From Candidatus Subterrananammoxibius californiae (GTDB lineage: Bacteria; Planctomycetota; Brocadiia; Brocadiales; Subterrananammoxibiaceae): a stretch of 46,270 bases of DNA. The position numbers were made by a program, and so were the translations under genes. The stretch spans positions 32,428-78,697 of the forward strand of contig JAURAC010000012.1 in NCBI GenBank assembly GCA_030586555.1, read 5' to 3'. Below the pieces are notes generated by a model. The model made no database searches. It saw only the letters and a list, made by a program, of their open reading frames with translations, and had not been told where the DNA came from. Shown in pieces: positions 1 through 8,504 of this stretch. Position 1 is the stretch's first letter. The number at the start of each line of letters is the position of its first letter.

Positions 1-29
1 AACTTGCTCAGGTAGAGACGGAAGGGTAG
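1..29 (+). CDS. 3' end of an upstream gene (…LAQVETEG*), truncated by the window edge
   Basis: Frame +3 reads CTT GCT CAG GTA GAG ACG GAA GGG TAG, ending 3 nt before the dinB start; too short to identify. Confidence 0.4.
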
Positions 30-32
30 CCA

Positions 33-1256
33 GTGACTGGCAGGATGATAATGCATATAGATATGAACGCCTTTTTTGCCTCTGTGGAACAGCAGGTAAA
101 CCCAAGGTTGAGGGGCAAGCCTATAGCCGTTGTTGGGTCTGGAAAGAGGACTGTAGTTACCACTGCATCCTATGAGGCAAGGGCGTACGGCGTAAAAACC
201 GGCATGACCATGGGAGAGGCAAGAAAGCTTTGCCCGGGGATTATCTTTGTGGAGGCAAATAATCAGAGATACGTTGACACCTGCACACGCCTGGTTGAGC
301 TTTATAAGCAATACACCCCCTTCGTGGAGGTTTACTCGGTGGATGAGGCATTTCTGGACGTAACAAATACAGCTCACCTATTTAGTGGTCCTATAAACAT
401 AGCTTCGGAGATAAAGCGTCAAATTAAGGAGGCCTTTGGTCTTACTTGCTCAATAGGGATTGCCCCTAACAAGCTCTTGGCAAAGCTGGCGAGTGATATG
501 CAAAAACCTGACGGCTTGGTGGTGATTCGTAATTATGAGGAAGCCGGAACTATTCTCGAAGACCTCCCAGTGGGAGACTTGGTAGGCATAGGGAAACGGA
601 TGGAAAAGTATCTTGGCGAAATGGGTATAAGGCGTTGTGGAGAATTAGCCAGAACGCCCATAAAAATCCTGAAGGATAGATTTGGCGTGGTAGGGGAGAG
701 GCTCCACTTTATGGCGCTGGGCATTGATGATAGCCCCGTCATACCCCTTGAGCAGGAACCAGACGCAAAGTCTGTAGGCCATAGCATGACGCTCGAAAGG
801 GACATTAACGACCTTGAAACCATTGAGCGTTACATCCTTCTGCTCTCAGAGATGGTTGGCAGGAGACTAAGGAGCGGGCACTATCTTGGCAGGACGGTTG
901 CTCTTACATTACGATACTCAGATTTCTTCACCTTCTCCAGAAGGAAGACCATAAAAGAGTATCTGAACGATGGACTGGAAATATGTCAACTGGCAGGATC
1001 TATACTAAGGTCTTTCAGGTTAAAACAGGCTGTAAGGCTGGTAGGGGTAAGCGTGAGTAATTTAGCCAAGATAGAGCAACTACCCCTTTTTAAGGAAGGT
1101 CAGAGGAAAAAAAAGCTTGTTCATGCCGTAGACTCCATAAACGACAAATACGGAGAGTTTACCGTTGAGAGAGGAACATTAATAGAACCTACTACAGGTC
1201 ATGGCGTCATATCCCTCGCCTGGCGCCCGTGTGGGGTAAAGAGGGTAGAATATTAA
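33..1256 (+). CDS. dinB: DNA polymerase IV (Y-family)
   Basis: Motifs HIDMNAFFASVE, TASYEARAYGVKTGM, SVDEAFLD, SIGIAPNKLLAKLASDMQKPDG. Confidence 0.95.
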   Translation: MTGRMIMHIDMNAFFASVEQQVNPRLRGKPIAVVGSGKRTVVTTASYEARAYGVKTGMTMGEARKLCPGIIFVEANNQRYVDTCTRLVELYKQYTPFVEVYSVDEAFLDVTNTAHLFSGPINIASEIKRQIKEAFGLTCSIGIAPNKLLAKLASDMQKPDGLVVIRNYEEAGTILEDLPVGDLVGIGKRMEKYLGEMGIRRCGELARTPIKILKDRFGVVGERLHFMALGIDDSPVIPLEQEPDAKSVGHSMTLERDINDLETIERYILLLSEMVGRRLRSGHYLGRTVALTLRYSDFFTFSRRKTIKEYLNDGLEICQLAGSILRSFRLKQAVRLVGVSVSNLAKIEQLPLFKEGQRKKKLVHAVDSINDKYGEFTVERGTLIEPTTGHGVISLAWRPCGVKRVEY

Positions 1257-1261
1257 AAAAG

Positions 1262-1325
1262 GTAGAGACGCAATGTTCACCCAAAAGATGGCGAATCTGC
1301 CTCTGGCACGACATTGCCTCTCTAC
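1262..1325. repeat. GTAG REP-like palindrome with a nested insert
   Basis: GTAGAGACGCAATG … CATTGCCTCTCTAC arms enclose a TTCACC…GGCGAATCTGCCTCTGGCA segment. Confidence 0.7.
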
Positions 1326-1337
1326 AAAAATAAATTA

Positions 1338-1366
1338 TTGAAAATAGACTGGAAAATTGTTATTAT
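1338..1366 (+). promoter_or_regulatory. sigma70-type promoter with extended -10
   Basis: TTGAAA-N17-TATTAT with TG at the extended -10 position; the same architecture precedes ribH. Confidence 0.6.
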
Positions 1367-1426
1367 TTACCTCTAAGAGTAAATTTAAATATTAGGATGC
1401 TTGTAGGAAAAAGGGGGTGATAGAAA

Positions 1427-1492
1427 ATGTGTAAGACGTGTGCAGCACATAACCCACCAAAGAAGGAAGAAAAGGGAAAAAAGAAAAAGTAA
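1427..1492 (+). CDS. 21-aa micro-protein MCKTCAAHNPPKKEEKGKKKK (CxxC, Lys-rich tail)
   Basis: Strong SD AAGGGGGTGA ends 6 nt before the ATG, promoter upstream, large hairpin downstream; below the ORF-track size cut-off. Confidence 0.55.
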   Translation: MCKTCAAHNPPKKEEKGKKKK

Positions 1493-1499
1493 GTTATAC

Positions 1500-1548
1500 C
1501 TCCTCACCTTAATCCTCTCCCCGGTGGGGAGAGGGATAGGGTGAGGGG
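1500..1548. repeat. CCCTCTCCC…GGGAGAGGG palindromic element, intergenic copy (may also act as terminator)
   Basis: 49-nt hairpin matching the reverse complement of 5796-5844 at 44/49 positions. Confidence 0.85.
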
Positions 1549-1614
1549 CGTGCTTTAGCTAAAAACGAAAATATAGTAGGTGCCCTATGCCCCAGTTTTA
1601 ACTTGTGGTTCAGT

Positions 1615-2571
1615 TTACTCGCTTAACTGCAGTGCAATCGGGAAATGGTCGCTGAATCCATTTCTATCAAGAGAACTACCTCTTCCATATTTTTTAGGAG
1701 TTGGATAAGTGCCGCTATTCACCATCTGTGGAAAACGCACGATTTGCGCACTATCTTGTCGAACCAAAATATTAGAATTGCCGGTTAAAAGCCCCTTGGA
1801 TACAAGAAACTGGTCGAGCATATTGGGATTGTTATCATGATAATAAGTGCCTATCCCATCTCCCAGCAAGGGCCACATCAGGTTAAGGAACTTTGGAGAT
1901 TTGGCTTTGGTTATTTTGGCTCTAATTTTCTCACATAAAGCATGTTTAACAATGGAACGATTAAATGGTTCGTCATTGAAATCGCCCATTGCTATTACAG
2001 CTACATCGTTGCCTTGAACTTCTCTTATCCTTTGATGAAAATATGCTAAGGTCTCTCCAGCAATGATACGAAAAGGCTCTGTCTCGTATTGACTTCCCCG
2101 TCGTGACGGCCAGTGGTTCCCTATTAAAATAAGAAGGTTGTTGCTGATTGTTCTAAAATTTACCTGAAACAGGTCGCGGGTTGCGGTGCTCTTTACAATA
2201 AAGTGTGAAAACTGGCCTTCCACGGTGAAGAAGTTTTGGTCGTAAATGAATGCTACATCAATCCCACGACGGTCAGACATGTCATGATGTTCGATATTGT
2301 AATTTCTCCCAGCAATGTTCAGGTTGTCAACTAATAGACGTAGGACATAGTCATTTTCAACCTCACATACACCTAAAATATCGGGACCTCTATCCTGATT
2401 CATCTGTCTGATAATTGAAGCTAATTGTTGAACCTTTCTGTTAAGGACACTTGCTGACCATCCGGTCAATTCTCCGTCAAGAACTCTCCGAAGCTTATCT
2501 GTTCTACGGGGAGAATTCACTACATCAAACAGGTTTTCAACATTCCAGAAAGCTACATAATAATTAGGCAT
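1615..2571 (-). CDS. Endonuclease/exonuclease/phosphatase (EEP) family nuclease
   Basis: FWNVENLFD, GVCEVEN, NHWPSRRG, MGDFND, LDQFLVS, GFSDHFP; SD AGGAGG. Confidence 0.9.
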   Translation of the reverse strand: MPNYYVAFWNVENLFDVVNSPRRTDKLRRVLDGELTGWSASVLNRKVQQLASIIRQMNQDRGPDILGVCEVENDYVLRLLVDNLNIAGRNYNIEHHDMSDRRGIDVAFIYDQNFFTVEGQFSHFIVKSTATRDLFQVNFRTISNNLLILIGNHWPSRRGSQYETEPFRIIAGETLAYFHQRIREVQGNDVAVIAMGDFNDEPFNRSIVKHALCEKIRAKITKAKSPKFLNLMWPLLGDGIGTYYHDNNPNMLDQFLVSKGLLTGNSNILVRQDSAQIVRFPQMVNSGTYPTPKKYGRGSSLDRNGFSDHFPIALQLSE

Positions 2572-2720
2572 CTCAACCTCCTATAAATTTATTTCACATT
2601 AAATATGAACGTAATTGGAGCTCTTCCACTATTTCTTACTGTTCATCATTGGTAAATGTGAAAATGTAGTAAACGTTCCATTGTTTAACGTTTTTGTAAA
2701 TGAAAGGGATTAATTAGCCT

Positions 2721-4886
2721 TTAGTTTGCAACAAGGTTTTTTCCGCGGTTGGTAAGTGTTAATAAGGTATTATTGCCGGTTCCTTCTGTTTTAATTAACC
2801 CTTGTTTTTTTATGCCCATTGCATCGATGAGGAATGCCAGTTCTACCTCTGCAATCCTTTTTGCTTCGCTGTAGGGGCAGGTTTGAAACCTGCCCCTACT
2901 TGTAAATATCTTCTTTAATTCTGCAATTGTTACCAACCCTTTGTCTTTCAGAAGCCTTATTATTTCAGCCTCCTGAATTGCATATTTAGATGTGCGATTT
3001 TTCATCGTCTGCCAGAAAAGGGTAAACATTTTTTCTGATATTTCTTCTGACAGCCTGGTCATTACCTTGCCGTCGTCACCAAATATCTTTACCCCAATCT
3101 TGTCCTCCGTTCCTGAGGGTCTAATTTGAAGGGTGAGGAGGAATTTTAGATTTTGGATTGCTGATATATAAAGGGTATCGGGCTCTCTTTTAAATGTTCT
3201 GGATTCAATTACAATGCCTCTTTTATTGGCAAAAGCCTTCTTGAGCGAATCATGGATGATAGCTTCTGCTTGCTTCCAGATATTATTTCCCCTTCTCCAT
3301 AGTTGCTTATCTACGAAATAACAGTAAGTAATATGGCTGTTACAGTGTTGATAAGGATTTAGTACAAGGTGGATTTGGGATTTGGGGTTTGGGATTTGAG
3401 ATTTTAGAATGATGTTGTTTATACTGGAAAGGGTTTCTATTGCCCCTGAGATACCATTTCCAGTAAAGACATAATTCTTTGTTTTGGCATTTCCTGCAAG
3501 AACAACTCCTTTCTTAATTATATGGCCTGTTGATTCTGCCCCAAAAGATTGCTTGAAAAGGATGTATTTATCCCCCACAGGTGTGATTACTATATTGATA
3601 GCATCCTTTGACGGTTTGTCGTCATACGCCTCCAGTAAATTAACTTTAAAACCATACTTTTTGATAAGAGAAATTATACCATTTATGAATCCCACGCCAC
3701 TCTCCACAGTAAAGGAAATCATTTCGCCGTTTGCAATGGTTTTGTTTTCTAAGGCATTCCAGAGTTGAAGATACAGGGCAAGGTCGCCGTCTATTAATTT
3801 AACGTTATTTGCCCATGGATTATAAACCATTGTATAGCCCCTGTCTCCATCGCCATCAGTAAGGATAGCCACAATTAGTTTGCCGTTCTTTTTTATCTCC
3901 GATGCTTTAGTCATGCCGCATTCAAATAATTTATCAAGCACAGGGAAATTGCTCCATTTCCCACCCCTTGTTTCCTCAAAGTTGATGGTATCTGCCCCTT
4001 CAAAATGACCCGCGCCTACCTTGCCCTTTGCAGGGTCGTCCTCGTTAATGTTAATTCCGTTTGGTTCAATGCCAACGTAAAATCTATTTTTAATCCCGCA
4101 ATCTCTAAGTAAATCATCAATAACTTGTCTATACTGGGGCACACTAACAGCACCGTTCGAGAGGTCAAGGATTATGGTATCTATTATTTTTAGAAGGGAG
4201 GGACACACCCCTTTATCCCCTCTTCTTAGAGGGGGCAGGACGTCTGTCATAAATTGCTTAAATACCTGTACTGCTGTTGCGCTTTCATTATAGTACTTTC
4301 CTGTTTTGGTTGAATTTTTCCCATGGATAGCCGTCTTGAACATAATGTTTGTAACAATTTTTTCATCATCGGGCATCGGCTTTATATATTTCCTTCGACC
4401 AGCCCTATAAAAAACCTTTATGCCATCTTGATGTTTTGGATTATGTGATGCGGTCTTTATAATCGCTACATCAGCCTTTATGGGTGATTCCTTATAGTCG
4501 TAATAGGCAAGCATATAGGCGGCATTAGGAATTGGCGTAATCCCCATATCACGGACATTAGAGCCTGTGCTTCTTATCCCATCAATCACGGCTTGCATGA
4601 ACCTGCCTTCTTTTCCTTTTATGCCTGTATAAAGGTCACGGGTGTCTCTTCCTACGAGGATATTTTCTGTGTCCATGCCTTTTAATTTAAGCGCCTGTAT
4701 TGTTGAGTAAGCAAGCAGGTCAAGAAACTCTGGTAGTAGCTTATTTTCGTCTAAAGCGGCTTGAAGCGCAGCCTTGTAGCTTACTGGTTTATCTTCTATA
4801 TGAACGTTGCCTCTGTAGCCATCCGTTCCGTGAATGCGGAAGTTCGGAGTATGGCGTGTAGAGTTTGGAGTGCTGGATTTTTTCAT
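2721..4886 (-). CDS. Divergent alpha-D-phosphohexomutase (GlmM/PMM-like) with a C-terminal winged-helix-like extension
   Basis: HGTDGYRG, GRDTR, TASHNP (catalytic Ser), DGDGDR (metal loop), GAESTGH, RPSGTE; 721 aa. Confidence 0.8.
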   Translation of the reverse strand: MKKSSTPNSTRHTPNFRIHGTDGYRGNVHIEDKPVSYKAALQAALDENKLLPEFLDLLAYSTIQALKLKGMDTENILVGRDTRDLYTGIKGKEGRFMQAVIDGIRSTGSNVRDMGITPIPNAAYMLAYYDYKESPIKADVAIIKTASHNPKHQDGIKVFYRAGRRKYIKPMPDDEKIVTNIMFKTAIHGKNSTKTGKYYNESATAVQVFKQFMTDVLPPLRRGDKGVCPSLLKIIDTIILDLSNGAVSVPQYRQVIDDLLRDCGIKNRFYVGIEPNGININEDDPAKGKVGAGHFEGADTINFEETRGGKWSNFPVLDKLFECGMTKASEIKKNGKLIVAILTDGDGDRGYTMVYNPWANNVKLIDGDLALYLQLWNALENKTIANGEMISFTVESGVGFINGIISLIKKYGFKVNLLEAYDDKPSKDAINIVITPVGDKYILFKQSFGAESTGHIIKKGVVLAGNAKTKNYVFTGNGISGAIETLSSINNIILKSQIPNPKSQIHLVLNPYQHCNSHITYCYFVDKQLWRRGNNIWKQAEAIIHDSLKKAFANKRGIVIESRTFKREPDTLYISAIQNLKFLLTLQIRPSGTEDKIGVKIFGDDGKVMTRLSEEISEKMFTLFWQTMKNRTSKYAIQEAEIIRLLKDKGLVTIAELKKIFTSRGRFQTCPYSEAKRIAEVELAFLIDAMGIKKQGLIKTEGTGNNTLLTLTNRGKNLVAN
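2871..2899. repeat. GTAG REP-like perfect palindrome in frame in the mutase
   Basis: GTAGGGGCAGGTTT-G-AAACCTGCCCCTAC, read as SRGRFQTCPY. Confidence 0.9.
3371..3405. repeat. Heptamer array (GGATTTG)x5 in frame
   Basis: GGATTTG GGATTTG GGGTTTG GGATTTG AGATTTT, read as KSQIPNPKSQI. Confidence 0.85.
4203..4235. repeat. CCCCT-family palindrome in frame
   Basis: ACACACCCCTTTATCCCCTCTTCTTAGAGGGGG, read as PPLRRGDKGVC; related element at 45097-45140. Confidence 0.75.
4839..4873. repeat. Heptamer array (GGAGTNN) at the mutase N-terminus
   Basis: GAAGTTC GGAGTAT GGCGTGT AGAGTTT GGAGTGC, read as STPNSTRHTPNF. Confidence 0.7.
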
Positions 4887-6634
4887 CTCGACTCCGTTAC
4901 ATTAGTGTATGCCTGAGAGACCCTATTTTTAATCTCCCCAATCTCTTTTTTTATGGCGTCTGATTCAACCAGAACTTGGGTTTGCTCTTTTATTCTCCTT
5001 TTAATCTGAGAGATTTCTGAGGATGATAATTTAGAACTTTTAATATCCTTTTTGAGATTTGATACGGAAATCTCCGTTAGTTTAAGCAGTCTCAATGTCC
5101 ATCCAGCAAGTTCTTCGATCTGAGCCTTAAGGATTTCAATTTCCTTTATATATGCAAACGTAGGGGCAGCCCCCTGTGGTTGCCCTGTATCAGGGCAGGC
5201 GCGGGGGACTAACGCTACTATCTCACCGCCCTGCTCGATTGCCTCGTAAAGTTCTTCTGCATCAGGGCAGGCGCTGGGGCCTGCCCCTACTATCCCTGTC
5301 AGACTAACATTAACAAGGACATTAAGCTGTCTTAAGCCGTCAAGATTTATCTCGATGTTCTCCATTGTTCTATCTCCCAATCTTCCCCTCTGGGAGATAA
5401 TAGTCCCTTTTCTGACCGTTTCAGGGATACCCCCAACGACTACGTCGCCCATGGATGTCTGGCGTCCAAATGTTTTGCTCATAGAGCCTATAAGTGCCTT
5501 TGTCTCAATTACTGCAGGCGCCTGTGCGCCGGAACAAATACCTGCCTTTGCGCCGGATTTTACTATTGTTATCCCTTTAATGCCGTCGTTGCGCGGGTCA
5601 AAATTGCTGGTTGTAAAAAGGGCGCCAAGATTAATGCCCTCAATGATTATGGCAATTTCTTTCCCTTTATACTCTATGATAAGTTCTTCTTCTGGCTGGA
5701 TAGGGTCTTCAACGAGTTGAGTAACTTTTCTCGACAAGATTGTCCCATAGAGGAGCGCTTCCATTTTTTCCTGCAATTCAAGGTAATAAGCCTCACCCCT
5801 CACCCTATCCCTCTCCCCAAGGGGGAGAGGGTTGAGGTGAGGGGAGTCTATGCGGATGACGCAGGCAAGGAAGTTACCTAAGTAATTACGGTGTGCCGCC
5901 TCTACTTTATTAAGGGCAGAGCCGCCGCGAATGCATGCAGCCTTAGTCTCGCCGCCAGTACCAACATGGACAAAAGGACCGATTATTGAATTGGGTCTTA
6001 TGTTTACCCCGGGGTTAAGGTCGGTGCCACCCCATACAACGCTTTGCGAGACCCATGCGTCAAAAATATCAACCGTGAAACATTCTTCTTTTCCATGTTC
6101 AAAGGGTGGCATGGACAAACTTGTTTGTCCGTGCTTTTGATACTTTACAAGCCTTCGATAAGGGGCAATACAGCTATTCTCAATAACAGCACCAGGGTGA
6201 TGAATCTTTGTCCCATCCCCAATAAAGGAGTTAACGATGCGTCCATCTATTATGGCATTGCTTCCAACAACGTTTTGTTCGCCTTCTAATACGGACGTTT
6301 TTTTAAAGAGATTATTATCCCCTGACTGCAATAAGTTCTTAATTTCGCCGTAAACCTTATTCTTTTGCCCGAATCTTGCGGAGATAACCCTAGCGTCTTC
6401 CGCTTCAAATAATGCTTCTGTATTAACACATGTCAATTCTGAATTGTATACCTGCGAATAATCGCCAATGGTTGAGTGAATGATGCGTGAGTTTTTGTCT
6501 ATATAACAACCCTTGCCAATGGTGCTATTTTCGATAATACCCTCAACAATAGAAGAAGCGCCGATGACGCATTCTATTATTTCTGCCTGTTTGCCTATAA
6601 AAGCTCTCTTCCCTGTTGTGTTTTTCATTTTCAC
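4883..6634 (-). CDS. Left-handed beta-helix protein resembling the GlmU acetyltransferase domain, without a uridyltransferase domain; C-terminal coiled coil
   Basis: Hexapeptide repeats; IRPNSIIGPFVHVG..GETKAA, AHRNYLGN (cf. GlmU HLTYLGD), INLGALFTTSNFD (cf. NIGAGTITCNYD); 4-nt overlaps with both neighbours. Confidence 0.65.
   Translation of the reverse strand: MKMKNTTGKRAFIGKQAEIIECVIGASSIVEGIIENSTIGKGCYIDKNSRIIHSTIGDYSQVYNSELTCVNTEALFEAEDARVISARFGQKNKVYGEIKNLLQSGDNNLFKKTSVLEGEQNVVGSNAIIDGRIVNSFIGDGTKIHHPGAVIENSCIAPYRRLVKYQKHGQTSLSMPPFEHGKEECFTVDIFDAWVSQSVVWGGTDLNPGVNIRPNSIIGPFVHVGTGGETKAACIRGGSALNKVEAAHRNYLGNFLACVIRIDSPHLNPLPLGERDRVRGEAYYLELQEKMEALLYGTILSRKVTQLVEDPIQPEEELIIEYKGKEIAIIIEGINLGALFTTSNFDPRNDGIKGITIVKSGAKAGICSGAQAPAVIETKALIGSMSKTFGRQTSMGDVVVGGIPETVRKGTIISQRGRLGDRTMENIEINLDGLRQLNVLVNVSLTGIVGAGPSACPDAEELYEAIEQGGEIVALVPRACPDTGQPQGAAPTFAYIKEIEILKAQIEELAGWTLRLLKLTEISVSNLKKDIKSSKLSSSEISQIKRRIKEQTQVLVESDAIKKEIGEIKNRVSQAYTNVTESR
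5160..5290. repeat. Composite GTAG REP (REPIN-like) in frame
   Basis: Outer arms GTAGGGGCAG (5160) and CTGCCCCTAC (5281-5290) with internal GGGCAGGC/GCCCTG hairpins; read as VGAGPSACPD…VALVPRACPDTGQPQGAAPT. Confidence 0.85.
5796..5844. repeat. CCCTCTCCC-family palindrome in frame
   Basis: Near-identical to 1500-1548; read as PHLNPLPLGERDRVRG. Confidence 0.9.
6104..6134. repeat. GGACAAAC-family palindrome in frame
   Basis: GGGTGGCATGGACAAACTTGTTTGTCCGTGC, 29/31 identical to the reverse complement of 8053-8083; read as HGQTSLSMPP. Confidence 0.9.
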
Positions 6635-7041
6635 AGGATGTTTTTATCCGAATGAACCCCGCTGTGCAGTTCGAGGACTTCGTTGACCTTTATCTTCAGT
6701 TTAAATTCTTCTTGTGGAAACTGGGCTTCACCCTTTTCTACGGCGGGCGCATAGCCGTCAAGCACTGCTTCAACCTCTTTTGACATCACCGTGCCAAGAA
6801 TCTGATACCCTACTCTTTTATCTGAATCGTATACCGCTACGGCGATTTTATTATTTTCTGCAAGATTTTCAAGCGACTTAACGCAAAACCACGACTTGAA
6901 TGCCATACTTTCACTTCCGGGTAATACCGTAAGACCTTCAGCTACAGCAATATGGGGGATGCCTGCCTTGCTTGATGTGGTAACAAAAGAGTAGCGTATT
7001 TTTTTAACAACGGCTTCAATCTGAGGTGGTATTTTTGGCAT
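6631..7041 (-). CDS. Pyridoxamine 5'-phosphate oxidase-like FMN-binding protein
   Basis: FVTTSSKAGIPH, KSLENLAENNKIAV, GYQILG; start moved to ATG 7041 because the TTG call lies in a repeat. Confidence 0.8.
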   Translation of the reverse strand: MPKIPPQIEAVVKKIRYSFVTTSSKAGIPHIAVAEGLTVLPGSESMAFKSWFCVKSLENLAENNKIAVAVYDSDKRVGYQILGTVMSKEVEAVLDGYAPAVEKGEAQFPQEEFKLKIKVNEVLELHSGVHSDKNIL

Positions 7042-7051
7042 AATTGTACAA

Positions 7052-7133
7052 TAACCAAATCTCAAATATCAAATAAACTCCAATTTCCAAATTCCAGATG
7101 GGATTGGGATTTGGTGCTTGGTATTTGGAATTT
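7052..7133. repeat. Inverted heptamer array (TCCAAAT / ATTTGGA), intergenic
   Basis: AACCAAA TCTCAAA TATCAAA … TCCAATT TCCAAAT followed by GATTTGG TGCTTGG TATTTGG AATTT. Confidence 0.85.
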
Positions 7134-7135
7134 AC

Positions 7136-8032
7136 TCAGGAGAGGTAAGTCCTGATTGCATCCTCGAACCGCATTGGCTCGAAGTCAAAATCACTTTTCA
7201 TTGCCGTTATATCACAGATGTTATCAATCTGGAGCATTGTTAATTGCTCACGTGTAAGTGGGGGAGCGGATAGTAATTTTTCCATAAAGAAGGCAAGGAT
7301 TTTTCCTACCCATAAGGGTAGATGCACCTTTATCCTTCTCTTGCCCATAACACGCATAATAGTATTGAGTATTTCATTGAAGGTGAGTTGTTCGGGACCA
7401 CCGAGTTCGTAAGTAGTGGCAAACTGCTTTTCGCCCCTACATGCCGCAGTGACAAAGCAATGGGCAACATCGCCCACATAAATTGGCTGCATTTTATATT
7501 TACCAGACCCAATAACTGGCATCATGCGTGTAAGAAAGGTCTGTCTAATCATCCTTGCAAACATGTTAACAAATTTATCATCCGCACCACAGATAATAGA
7601 CGGACGGAAGATAACATACTCTAAGCCACTTGCTCGTACCGCTTCTTCGCCCTGCCATTTTGTCTTATGATAGCGGCTTACTGCTTGGGCTCCTGTACCC
7701 AATGCACTCATTTGAACAAACTTTTTTATCCCACCTTTTTTTGCTGCATCAACGACATTTGCCGTGCCCTCTGCATGTATCTTTTCAAATGTTACATTCT
7801 TACCTTCCCTTATTATACCAACGAGATTGATTACGGTATCTATGCCTTCCATTGCCTTCGGAAGGGTTTGAGGCTGGGTTATGTCACCTTCGCTGTATTC
7901 AAGTTCAAGCCCATCAAATATAGATAAGTTAGAGGTCTTTCTAACCAAGCATCTTACCTTCTGGTTTTCTTGGAGTAGCTTCCTAACCATGTTGCGTCCC
8001 ACAAAACCAGTACTACCTGTTACCAGTATCAT
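7136..8032 (-). CDS. NAD-dependent epimerase/dehydratase, NDUFA9-like SDR
   Basis: MILVTGSTGFVG, YHKTK, RPSIICG, QPIYVGDVA, YELGGP; SD GAGGA upstream of ATG 8032. Confidence 0.9.
   Translation of the reverse strand: MILVTGSTGFVGRNMVRKLLQENQKVRCLVRKTSNLSIFDGLELEYSEGDITQPQTLPKAMEGIDTVINLVGIIREGKNVTFEKIHAEGTANVVDAAKKGGIKKFVQMSALGTGAQAVSRYHKTKWQGEEAVRASGLEYVIFRPSIICGADDKFVNMFARMIRQTFLTRMMPVIGSGKYKMQPIYVGDVAHCFVTAACRGEKQFATTYELGGPEQLTFNEILNTIMRVMGKRRIKVHLPLWVGKILAFFMEKLLSAPPLTREQLTMLQIDNICDITAMKSDFDFEPMRFEDAIRTYLS
7413..7440. repeat. GTAG REP-like element in frame
   Basis: GTAGTGGCAAACTGCTTTTCGCCCCTAC, read as CRGEKQFATT. Confidence 0.75.
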
Positions 8033-8052
8033 ATCTCTTTCCTCCTCTTTTC

Positions 8053-8083
8053 GCATGGACAAACGAGTTTGTCCATGCCACCC
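8053..8083. repeat. GGACAAAC-family palindrome, intergenic copy
   Basis: GCATGGACAAAC-GA-GTTTGTCCATGC-CACCC directly after the ridA stop. Confidence 0.9.
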
Positions 8084-8467
8084 CTAATCCACAGTGGCGA
8101 TGGCTTCTATCTCGATGTCCACATCCTTTGGCAGTCGTGCTGCCTCAACCGTGGCACGGGCTGGTTTTACCTTTCCGAAGAATTCAGCGTATACCTCATT
8201 AACATCTTTATAATTGTCCATATTTGTCAGGAAGATGGTTGTCTTAACTACCTTTTCAAGCGACGAACCGCCTGCCTCTAAAATATTCTTAAGATTTTCA
8301 AGCACTTGACGTGTCTGTTCCTTTATATGGCCGCATACTAACTCACCAGACGCAGGGTCTATTGGTATCTGCCCGGAGGCAAAGATAAAAGAACCTGCAC
8401 GTATCCCTTGCGAGTACGGACCTATTGCAGCAGGCGCTTTGTTGGTTGAAATAACCTCCTTTTGCAT
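8084..8467 (-). CDS. ridA: RidA family enamine/imine deaminase
   Basis: [31 protein letters not shown]. Confidence 0.93.
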   Translation of the reverse strand: MQKEVISTNKAPAAIGPYSQGIRAGSFIFASGQIPIDPASGELVCGHIKEQTRQVLENLKNILEAGGSSLEKVVKTTIFLTNMDNYKDVNEVYAEFFGKVKPARATVEAARLPKDVDIEIEAIATVD

Positions 8468-8504
8468 ACTTTTTCCTTTTTCCCCATCTACTGTATGCTG
8501 TCTA

